Part shown: positions 29,540-37,364 of the stretch, piece after piece
Position numbering within the stretch: the first letter of the stretch is position 1
How the letters are laid out: each line of letters begins with the position of its first letter
NCBI GenBank assembly: GCA_050251875.1
Contig: JBFWMA010000001.1
Span: forward strand, 32,001-96,000
Length of the DNA stretch: 64,000 bases
DNA from: Deferribacterales bacterium
GTDB lineage: Bacteria > Chrysiogenota > Deferribacteres > Deferribacterales > Geovibrionaceae
Direction: 5' to 3'
Position numbers and translations under genes: made by a program
Notes under the pieces: generated by a model
Seen by the model: only the letters and a program-made list of their open reading frames with translations
Told to the model about the DNA's origin: nothing
Databases searched by the model: none

Positions 29540-29680
29540 ATGGCACAGCTCACTATGAGAAAGCCCAGCAACCTGAAACGCAAACGCGCTCAGGGCTTCA
29601 GGGCTAGAATGAAAACAAAAGGCGGAAGAAACGTTATCGCCAGAAGAAGGGCGAAAGGCCGCAAGCGTCTCGCCGTTTAA
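29540..29680 (+). CDS. rpmH: 50S ribosomal protein L34 (absent from the ORF track)
   Basis: Manual translation gives [46 protein letters not shown], with an AGGAG SD, directly before rnpA. Confidence 0.97.
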   Translation: MAQLTMRKPSNLKRKRAQGFRARMKTKGGRNVIARRRAKGRKRLAV

Positions 29681-30057
29681 TGTCATTGTGCTTTACCGCA
29701 CAGGACCGTCTGAAACATGGACGGGATTTTGACAGAGTCTTCAGACAGGGCAGAAAAAGGTGGGGACGGTTCGTCTGTCTCCATTATATTATAAGCGCCG
29801 AAGACCGAACAAGGATTGGGCTCACCGTCAGCAAGAAAGTAGACAAGCGGGCGGTGAGACGTAATCTGGTTAAGAGAAGGCTCAGAGAGATTTTCAGAAA
29901 CAACAGACAGATTTTCCCTGATTGTTTCGACATTGTTATAAGGGCGCTGCCGGGATGCGCTGACGCGCAATATGGTGAATTACAGGATGAAGTATTACAG
30001 CTTGCTAAGTCTGCTCGACCTGCGCAGACCGATAATCCTGATGATAAAACTGTATAA
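29680..30057 (+). CDS. rnpA: Ribonuclease P protein component
   Basis: RL....[29 protein letters not shown]. Confidence 0.96.
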   Translation: MSLCFTAQDRLKHGRDFDRVFRQGRKRWGRFVCLHYIISAEDRTRIGLTVSKKVDKRAVRRNLVKRRLREIFRNNRQIFPDCFDIVIRALPGCADAQYGELQDEVLQLAKSARPAQTDNPDDKTV

Positions 30058-30229
30058 AATTTTTATTTCTCCCATGCTCGGCAACAGATGCCGCTTCTAT
30101 CCATCCTGCTCCGATTACGCGGTGGAGGCCCTTAAGAAAAAAGGACTGATTAAAGGTTCCGCTATGGCAGTTTGGCGGATACTGAGATGTACTCCCCTGT
30201 CCAAGGGCGGGTACGATCCCGTGAAATAG
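30002..30229 (+). CDS. yidD: Membrane protein insertion efficiency factor; exact start uncertain
   Basis: Y...ISP....[15 protein letters not shown]...GGYDPV. Confidence 0.92.
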   Translation: MLSLLDLRRPIILMIKLYKIFISPMLGNRCRFYPSCSDYAVEALKKKGLIKGSAMAVWRILRCTPLSKGGYDPVK

Positions 30230-30255
30230 GAAACACCCCTCGGAGGTTATTCGTA

Positions 30256-31770
30256 ATGAATAAGAACACACTACTGGCTTTTGGTCTGAGCGCGCTGGTG
30301 CTTATCGGTTTTCAGATCTTCTTCGCACCTAAACCCCAGCCCGCCGCAGCAACTCCTGAGACTCAGACATCAGCCGTATCCGATGCGCAGCCCCAGCCCG
30401 CTGTCAAGCTGGAGATGGAGAAAGCTCCCCAGGCTGTGGAAAAACTGGAAACATTCGACATAACGACAGATCTCGCTACCTACACATTCAACGCAAATAC
30501 CGGAAACATCAGAAAAGCCGTTGTTACAAAATACGGCAAACGTGACCTTGAAAATATCGTCTTCGACAGCAAAACCGAAGACTCTTTCTTTATAACAGTT
30601 CCCCTCGTCAGCAAATATACTGCTGAGGTAAAAGAAGGGGAGAAAGAGACCGCCGTGACATTCTCCGGATCACAGGGAGACATGGTAGTCACAAAAAAAT
30701 ATGTATTAACTAAAGACAGCTATCTGGTTAAAGGTGATGTGACAGTCAGCAACACAGGCGGACGCACACTGAACCTGCCCCTGCGCATGGGGCTTGCCGG
30801 AGGCATCAACAGCGCTCTGAAAGAGGACAAATATACTTTCGGCGGACCCCAGATGTTTGACGGGAAGAAGCTGAGAGAGAAAAAAGTCTCCAAGATCGAA
30901 GAGCCTGTTACAGCAGATAAGCCTCTCTGGGTGGGATACACATCTAAATACTTCCTCGCCGCCGTGGCAAACGGCTTTGACAAAGGCGAAATAGTAAAAA
31001 AAGACGATGTGGCTGACATATACGGCGATACTGAGGTTCAGGTGAACCCCAGCGACAGAAAAACTGTCGAATTCTCCGTATTCGCCGGACCCAAAGAATA
31101 TGACCTGCTCAAAACCTATAAGCTGAAACTGGAAAAAAGTATCGATTTCGGCATATTCTCTTTCATAGCCATCCCCATGCTGAAGTTCCTGAAAATTTTC
31201 TATAACTATGTGCATAACTATGGTGTGGCTATCATCCTTCTGACTATCGTGGTGAAACTGCTCACCTTCCCGCTGACACAGAAAAGTATGGTCAGCATGA
31301 AGAAGATGGGTTCACTGGCGCCTAAGATGGCAGAGATAAAAGAGAAGTATAAAGCGGACAAAGAGAAGATGAATCAGGCGACTATGGAACTCTATAAGAA
31401 AGAAGGCGTTAACCCCTTCGGCGGATGTTTTCCCATGCTGCTTCAGATTCCTATATTTTTTGCTCTGTATAAGACCCTCCTGCTCTCCATAGAGCTTCAG
31501 GGCGCTCCTTTCTTCGGCTGGATCACCGACCTTTCGCTGAAAGACCCCTACTACATCACTCCCATCATCATGGGTGTGACTATGTTTCTTCAGCAGAAGA
31601 TGTCTCCCAGCACAGTTCAGGATCCTATACAGCAGAAGATGTTCATGCTGATGCCTGTCATCTTCACCTTCATGTTTCTCACATTCCCCGCGGGGCTTGT
31701 GGTTTACTGGCTGACTAACAACGTCCTGTCCATCGCTCAGCAGTATTACATCAACAAAAAGCACGGTTAA
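30256..31770 (+). CDS. yidC: Membrane protein insertase YidC
   Basis: GPKEY, NYGVAIILLT, NPFGGCFPMLLQIPIFFALY, WITDLS..DP, YWLTNN. Confidence 0.98.
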   Translation: MNKNTLLAFGLSALVLIGFQIFFAPKPQPAAATPETQTSAVSDAQPQPAVKLEMEKAPQAVEKLETFDITTDLATYTFNANTGNIRKAVVTKYGKRDLENIVFDSKTEDSFFITVPLVSKYTAEVKEGEKETAVTFSGSQGDMVVTKKYVLTKDSYLVKGDVTVSNTGGRTLNLPLRMGLAGGINSALKEDKYTFGGPQMFDGKKLREKKVSKIEEPVTADKPLWVGYTSKYFLAAVANGFDKGEIVKKDDVADIYGDTEVQVNPSDRKTVEFSVFAGPKEYDLLKTYKLKLEKSIDFGIFSFIAIPMLKFLKIFYNYVHNYGVAIILLTIVVKLLTFPLTQKSMVSMKKMGSLAPKMAEIKEKYKADKEKMNQATMELYKKEGVNPFGGCFPMLLQIPIFFALYKTLLLSIELQGAPFFGWITDLSLKDPYYITPIIMGVTMFLQQKMSPSTVQDPIQQKMFMLMPVIFTFMFLTFPAGLVVYWLTNNVLSIAQQYYINKKHG

Positions 31771-31780
31771 CAGGTTATTT

Positions 31781-32515
31781 ATGAAATATTTCGAGATAGA
31801 AGGCAAAACAGCGGAGGCGGCGGTAGCCAACTTCCTTGCGGAAAATAATATTCCGAAAGACTTTGTGACATATGAAACCCTGGAGGAGGGGAGCAAAGGA
31901 TTTCTGGGATTCGGCAGCAAAAATGCTCTGATAAAAATAAAATTCAACGATGCTGAATACTTTAAACGCAAAGGCAGGCTGATTCTGGCAGAGATGCTGG
32001 AGAAGGCCGGTTTTCACGAATGCACCATCGAGACAAAGCACAGACACCCTGACGTGATCTTCAATATCATATCACCCGATTCAAAACTGCTGATAGGCAA
32101 AAACGCCCAGACTCTGGACGCCATGCAGTTTCTGCTGAACCGTATGGTCAGCTGGGAAGAGTCCGAGGGAATCTTCATAGTGGATGTGGAGGACTATCGT
32201 GACAGAGTGGTGGAACAGCTGAAAGACAAGGCTATCAAGCTGGCAAAGACTGTCCGCAGAACAGGCAAACCGATAAAAATGGCGCCCATGGTTACTATGG
32301 TGCGCAAAGAGATACACATCGCCCTGAAACAGATAAAAGGAATCAACACAGTGAGCAAGGGCGAGGGGCATCTGAAAGAGATTCTGATAGTGCCCGACAG
32401 AAAGACAAGCGGTCCCAGAAGACCCTACAGAGACAGAAACGAGAATCAGACCCAAAATAATAATAGTGAAGAACCTGCCGCTAAGCAGGAAAAAGAGACT
32501 TCACAGGAAGCGTAA
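31781..32515 (+). CDS. jag: Jag/KhpB/EloR RNA-binding protein (Jag_N-KH-R3H)
   Basis: EGKT.E.A, KGFLGFG, LIGK...TLDA.Q, and the R3H motif RKEIH. Confidence 0.92.
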   Translation: MKYFEIEGKTAEAAVANFLAENNIPKDFVTYETLEEGSKGFLGFGSKNALIKIKFNDAEYFKRKGRLILAEMLEKAGFHECTIETKHRHPDVIFNIISPDSKLLIGKNAQTLDAMQFLLNRMVSWEESEGIFIVDVEDYRDRVVEQLKDKAIKLAKTVRRTGKPIKMAPMVTMVRKEIHIALKQIKGINTVSKGEGHLKEILIVPDRKTSGPRRPYRDRNENQTQNNNSEEPAAKQEKETSQEA

Positions 32516-32516
32516 T

Positions 32517-32750
32517 ATGGTTAAATGGCTTTTAGTAATACTTTTAGTCGTAGGAGCTATAAAACTGTTCCGAAAACCCGAAGCTATCAAGGCAAAAGAA
32601 GAGGTCAACGCTGTTGACACTGTTCAGGACCCCGTGACCGGTACTTTCGTAAGCAAGGATACAGAGTATAAAGTAAAATACTATGACAAGGTATATTACT
32701 TCAGCTCAAAAGAATCTATGGACAAGTTCATAGCGGAAAAAAGAGGATAA
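32517..32750 (+). CDS. Small membrane-anchored YHS/TRASH-domain protein
   Basis: N-terminal TM segment, then QDPVTGTFV and YYFSSKES. Confidence 0.75.
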   Translation: MVKWLLVILLVVGAIKLFRKPEAIKAKEEVNAVDTVQDPVTGTFVSKDTEYKVKYYDKVYYFSSKESMDKFIAEKRG

Positions 32751-32752
32751 TT

Positions 32753-33397
32753 ATGAAGATTTTTCTGGATACCGCAAACATAGCGGAGATTAAAGAGATA
32801 AAAGATCTGGGTATTCTGGACGGTGTTACGACTAACCCGTCTCTGATAGCCAAAGAAAAAAGAGACTTCAAAAAGACTGTCGCCGAAATCTGCGACATAG
32901 TTTGCGGACCCGTCAGCGCCGAAGTTATCGCTCTGGACTGGGAAAACATGGTGAAAGAGGGCAGAGAGCTCGCCGACATCAGCGAGCATATAGTTGTGAA
33001 AGTTCCTTTCACAAAAGACGGACTCAAAGCCACCAGCATACTCTCAGGCGAGGGTATCTCCGTTAACGTTACACTGATATTCTCTCCCAATCAGGCTCTT
33101 CTGGCGTGCAAAGCCGGAGCGGCATATATCAGCCCCTTCGCCGGCAGGCTGGACGACATAGGACATGACGGCATAGCCATAGTCAGCCAGTGTCAGGAGC
33201 TGGTAGAGGTATACGGATTCGAGACTGAGGTCATAGCGGCGAGCATCAGAAGCACAGCGCACATGCTCCAGTGTCAGGAGATCGGCGCGGACATCGCGAC
33301 CATCCCCTACAGCGTTGTCATGCAGATGATGAAACACCCGCTCACGGACATAGGCATAGAAAAATTCCTGAAAGACTGGGAATCAGCAGTTAAATAA
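32753..33397 (+). CDS. tal: Transaldolase, short FSA/TalC type
   Basis: [14 protein letters not shown], catalytic [26 protein letters not shown]. Confidence 0.93.
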   Translation: MKIFLDTANIAEIKEIKDLGILDGVTTNPSLIAKEKRDFKKTVAEICDIVCGPVSAEVIALDWENMVKEGRELADISEHIVVKVPFTKDGLKATSILSGEGISVNVTLIFSPNQALLACKAGAAYISPFAGRLDDIGHDGIAIVSQCQELVEVYGFETEVIAASIRSTAHMLQCQEIGADIATIPYSVVMQMMKHPLTDIGIEKFLKDWESAVK

Positions 33398-33487
33398 GGC
33401 TTCATGGAAGAAGCCCGCGGAGCGTGAGCGATGTGAGGCTTGCCGAATGGAGCGTTGCAAAAATTTTTCAGGATGAAGAAATTTTTG
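33398..33487 (+). repeat. GGA-loop hairpin element, copy A
   Basis: GGCTTC-ATGGAA-GAAGCC ... TGGAGCGTT ... CAAAAATTTTTC-AGGAT-GAAGAAATTTTTG, with the same architecture as the copies at 37146 and 46023/46167. Confidence 0.75.
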
Positions 33488-33495
33488 AGTATAAT

Positions 33496-33522
33496 GGGCG
33501 GGGTTAACACTCCGCCCTTTTT
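33496..33522 (+). terminator. Intrinsic terminator after tal and element A
   Basis: gggcgggg-ttaaca-ctccgccc followed by TTTTT. Confidence 0.85.
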
Positions 33523-33569
33523 GTATCCATGCGCTACATTGCGAAGTCTTTATCTTTTTGGAGGGCTAT

Positions 33570-34352
33570 ATGGCGGATATTAAATTTTATCAGGTGGACG
33601 CTTTTTCGGGAAAAGTTTTCGGAGGCAATCCGGCAGGCGTATGTCCTCTGGCGGAAGAGCTTCCGGATGACGTAATGCAGAATATAGCGGCGGAGAACAA
33701 TCTCTCCGAAACAGCTTTTATCTTCACCCGTGACGGAAGTCTGCACATCAGATGGTTCACCCCCACGACAGAGGTCGACCTCTGCGGGCATGCCACGCTT
33801 GCCTCTGCGTATGTGATGTTTCATCATGAGGGCTTCACCGGACAGATTCTGGAGTTTCAGTCAAAGAGCGGAAGGCTGAGGGTGAAGAACAAAGGAGATA
33901 TTCTTGAGCTGGACTTTCCGGTGACCTCATATGAAAAAACAGATGCCGTGGACGGTCTGGCGGATGCGCTGGGAAAAGCTCCGTCTGAGATATACATATC
34001 GGATGATGTGCTCGCCGTATTCGACAGCGAAGACGACATAGCGGCGATGGAGCCTGATTTCAGAGCACTTAAAAATATTCCATACAGAGGCGTGTGCGTG
34101 ACGGCTAAGGGTAATTCCTGCGATTTCGTAAGCAGATTTTTCGCCCCGAACGTTGGGATAGACGAAGATCCGGTCACAGGTTCAGCACATTGTCTTCTGA
34201 TTCCTTACTGGACTGAGAGACTGAATAAAAAGCTGATGACAGCCAGACAGATCTCCAAAAGAGGCGGTCTGCTCTTCTGTTCTCTGGACTATGACAGGGT
34301 TCTGATAGCGGGCAAATGCGCTCTCTATATGAAAGGCACTGTCAGCGTCTAG
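33570..34352 (+). CDS. PhzF-family isomerase
   Basis: QVDAF....GGNPA, NLSETAF, RWFTP..EVDLCGHATLA, EDPVTGSAH. Confidence 0.95.
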   Translation: MADIKFYQVDAFSGKVFGGNPAGVCPLAEELPDDVMQNIAAENNLSETAFIFTRDGSLHIRWFTPTTEVDLCGHATLASAYVMFHHEGFTGQILEFQSKSGRLRVKNKGDILELDFPVTSYEKTDAVDGLADALGKAPSEIYISDDVLAVFDSEDDIAAMEPDFRALKNIPYRGVCVTAKGNSCDFVSRFFAPNVGIDEDPVTGSAHCLLIPYWTERLNKKLMTARQISKRGGLLFCSLDYDRVLIAGKCALYMKGTVSV

Positions 34353-36208
34353 TCTTTTGCTTTCGGCAGATAGATAGTGAACACGGCGCCTTCTTCTGAA
34401 TTGGAGGCGCTTATCTTTCCATTCATATGTTCTTCGATAATCATTTTTGACATGTAAAGACCGATGCCTGTTCCCTTGCCCTGGGGCTTGGTGGTGAAAT
34501 AGGGGTCGAAAACTTTATTCAGAGCATCTTCCGGTATTCCTCCGCCGTTGTCGGATATGCTGATATTTACTGAATCCTTCAGCGCCAGAACTGCTATCTG
34601 AATATATTTTTCGCCTGTTTTCACAGACAGGGCGTCTTTAGCGTTCTGCACCAGATTCATGAGCACCTGACGGAATTCGGAGGAGAAACCGCAGACGAGA
34701 GTCTCCGGATATTCGCAGGGGGGACGGGTCAGGCTGTTGCATGATTCGAACTCTTTCAGAGGGCATCTGCATGAAACGGTGAAGCCGATAGAGTTATGTT
34801 TTAGCTGGGCTTCCACCAGAGTGATGGTATCCACCACGGCGTTGATCGCCTCGAAATTTGTCTCTTTAGTGCGTGGATCAAAGAAACTGCGGAAATCGTC
34901 TATGGTCTTGGACATGTGCTGAACGAGCTGGAGCGTGTCGGATTTGAAATTTTCCAGCGTGTCGCTGTCCAGAGTGCCGTCTTTAAAACTTTCGTAAATG
35001 AGCTGAACATAGAGCCCCACAGAGTTGATGGGCTGACGCCACTGATGGGCTATGGCGTTCATCATCTGTCCCATGTCGGCGAATTTCTTCTGTTCGAAAA
35101 AGAGCCGCTCGTTGGTGATGCGTTTGCTCATTTCCATCTTAACCCGTTCTTCCAGCTCCTGTGTCAGGCTGGTGAGTTTTTCCATCGTCTCCACCAGCTC
35201 GATGCGTGATTTCTCCTCTTTTGTCCTGTCGGTAAGAGTCATCACTATCCCGGCGGTGACGCCTTCTATCGAGTGCGGAGTCATTTTTATCTCGGCGAAG
35301 AAATCGCCTTTTTTACCAAGATTGACCCACTGCTGAACACGGACGTTTTTCCCAGCCAGACATTTTTTCGCTGATGGGAGCAGAAGCCCGTCCTTAAGAG
35401 ACGTGCTGACGAAATCCCCCAGATATCTTGAGCTGATGGCGGACTGGTCTGTGTCGAACATTTCGCAGAAAGCCCGGTTTGCGCTTTTGTATTTCATGTT
35501 GGTGTCTATGTACGCTGAGTAGTCGTTGACGGAGTTGTAGACATCCGCCATGATTTTAAGATCTTCATTCGCCTTTTTCAGGTCGAAGAGATTTCTGCTG
35601 GTAAACCTGTAGAAGCCCAGCCCTCCGCCGATGATTATCACCAGAGCGATGAAGGCCGCCGATACCGCCGCTTTTAGCTTGGGGATCAGCATGCTGCTGT
35701 AATCGGTCTTCGCCACTATGCCGAAGCGCATGCCCTCCAGATCGATATAGTCATACGCCGCCAGAACTTTATTGCCGTGGTGATCCCTGCCTATTGCTCT
35801 GCCGGTGTTTCCCGCCAGAGCTCTGGCGAGAGGCGCTGATCTGTCTATGGACGCCATGTTTATAATGTCGGTGGAGACCTCTTTGCAGTCTTCTCTGGAG
35901 AGGAGCATGTATTTGCTGTCTTTTGAACGCACGATAAAATCGCAGGTGTATTCGCCGGCGGTGATGAAGTCGAAGCTGTTTTCTATGACGCCGAGCGTCT
36001 TTTTCAGCGCCTCTTTATCTCCTGTGGAGCTGTAGGCGGCGTATATGCTCTCGAAAAAGCTCTTTCTTATGTGGACTATCTCCTCCATCCTGTCCATGAA
36101 CATGCCTCTGGTCTGCATAAACCAATATGTCATGACTGTGGACGCCACAGCGATGGAGAGTGAACACAACAGCAGAAAGAGTAAAAGAGCACGTTTCGTG
36201 TCGTTCAT
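34349..36208 (-). CDS. Membrane-bound PAS sensor histidine kinase, no cognate regulator nearby
   Basis: Two TM segments, a PAS-like region, H-box IAHQWRQP, N-box NLVQNAKDA, DNGGG, FDPYFTTK, GTGIGL. Confidence 0.93.
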   Translation of the reverse strand: MNDTKRALLLFLLLCSLSIAVASTVMTYWFMQTRGMFMDRMEEIVHIRKSFFESIYAAYSSTGDKEALKKTLGVIENSFDFITAGEYTCDFIVRSKDSKYMLLSREDCKEVSTDIINMASIDRSAPLARALAGNTGRAIGRDHHGNKVLAAYDYIDLEGMRFGIVAKTDYSSMLIPKLKAAVSAAFIALVIIIGGGLGFYRFTSRNLFDLKKANEDLKIMADVYNSVNDYSAYIDTNMKYKSANRAFCEMFDTDQSAISSRYLGDFVSTSLKDGLLLPSAKKCLAGKNVRVQQWVNLGKKGDFFAEIKMTPHSIEGVTAGIVMTLTDRTKEEKSRIELVETMEKLTSLTQELEERVKMEMSKRITNERLFFEQKKFADMGQMMNAIAHQWRQPINSVGLYVQLIYESFKDGTLDSDTLENFKSDTLQLVQHMSKTIDDFRSFFDPRTKETNFEAINAVVDTITLVEAQLKHNSIGFTVSCRCPLKEFESCNSLTRPPCEYPETLVCGFSSEFRQVLMNLVQNAKDALSVKTGEKYIQIAVLALKDSVNISISDNGGGIPEDALNKVFDPYFTTKPQGKGTGIGLYMSKMIIEEHMNGKISASNSEEGAVFTIYLPKAKD

Positions 36209-36400
36209 ATATCATCCTAATAAAAATATATAACTATGATATCATATAGAGATTCAAATGTTGCAATATTTTAACAAAGTTTTTCGGAAGAGAACTGTTA
36301 TGTTAATGTTACATTTTCACAACGGGCACTTTTGTCTGTTTCTTTCTGTATAATCTTGAAGTAGAATATGCTGTATTTATGTGCGCATGGAGTTATACCT

Positions 36401-37108
36401 ATGAGATATCTTCTGGTGCTTTTTGCGGTGTTTTTTTCCGCTGCCGCATATGCGGACGTTACACTTACTGAAAAGACTGATGACACTGTTTCCGTCAGCT
36501 ATTTTTCGAAAAACAGGATAGCTGTATATGAAGACGATCAGGTGCTGAACATCACCGATCTGAAAAATCAGCTTATTTACGGATTCAATCCGGAGAACAA
36601 AACCTTTTTCAGGGCCACGTTCAAAGAGATGAACGACATATACAAACAGATGTCGGATGAATCTGACGGACAGGATGTCCGGTCTTCCGGCGGAGTCACC
36701 GTGAAAAAAACCGGTAAAGGCGAGTACGCCGGATATACCTGTGACAGATACGATGTAGCCATAACAGGGCAGAATGTCTCATCTCAGATATGCGTGTCGG
36801 CTCAGGTGCGCCAGCTTCTGCTGGGAGAGATGGACGCCGCCTCTCTGAAAAGATGGATGACTATAATGGATTTCGAAAGCGCCGCCGACCCCATCAGAGC
36901 CAAGCTGGACGAGATATCCGACAAAGTGGGCTATGTGGTGTATGAAAAGACCATAGACAACATCCCCGGGTTCACCTCCATGTCTGAAGACGGATATGTC
37001 ACTGTGCTTCAGTCTGTGTCCACAAAACCTGTGGAACCTTCCAGATTCAGTATACCTAAGGGATATAAGCTGGTGCCGACAATGCAGGCGCTGGGTTCAG
37101 AAGAATAA
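36401..37108 (+). CDS. Secreted protein, DUF4412-like
   Basis: Signal peptide (AAAYA), KKTG....AGYTC..Y, and C-terminal F.IPKGYK. Confidence 0.65.
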   Translation: MRYLLVLFAVFFSAAAYADVTLTEKTDDTVSVSYFSKNRIAVYEDDQVLNITDLKNQLIYGFNPENKTFFRATFKEMNDIYKQMSDESDGQDVRSSGGVTVKKTGKGEYAGYTCDRYDVAITGQNVSSQICVSAQVRQLLLGEMDAASLKRWMTIMDFESAADPIRAKLDEISDKVGYVVYEKTIDNIPGFTSMSEDGYVTVLQSVSTKPVEPSRFSIPKGYKLVPTMQALGSEE

Positions 37109-37135
37109 AAAAAGGCGGCTTTTAAGCCGCCTCAA
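37108..37135. terminator. Intrinsic terminator between convergent genes
   Basis: aaaaaaaggcggctt-tt-aagccgcct, with the T run on the minus strand. Confidence 0.8.
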
Positions 37136-37145
37136 TTTTATTTTG

Positions 37146-37275
37146 CATAAATTTTCTGTCCATAGAAAATTTATGATACCGTTCCATTCAGGCAGAAGCC
37201 TTCATTCCACTTACACTCCGTACGCAGGTCAAACTAAAGTTTATCCTGCTCCTCCGTGAACCACATCCTGTGGTT
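37146..37275 (-). repeat. GGA-loop hairpin element, copy B
   Basis: Minus strand reads AACCAC-AGGAT-GTGGTT CACGGAGG..GCAG..CTGCGTA..GTGTAAGTGGAA..TGGAACGGTA..CATAAATTTTCT-ATGGAC-AGAAAATTTATG. Confidence 0.8.
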
Positions 37276-37280
37276 AGTTT

Positions 37281-37340
37281 TCGTCATTGCGAGGAATGAA
37301 ATGACGAAGCAATCTCAACAGTGAAGATTTCTTCGCTTCA
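37281..37340 (+). repeat. Degenerate GTCATTGCGAG..GAAGCAATC-type palindromic repeat
   Basis: tcgtcattgcgagg..atgacgaagcaatct..agatttcttcgc. The right arm is decayed. Confidence 0.65.
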
Positions 37341-37364
37341 TTCGGCAACTAACCAAAAAATGAA

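Noticed and set aside
29972..30043. A third non-canonical (CTG) start for yidD
   Set aside because: In-frame TTG (30002) and ATG codons are available, so a non-canonical start is not required.
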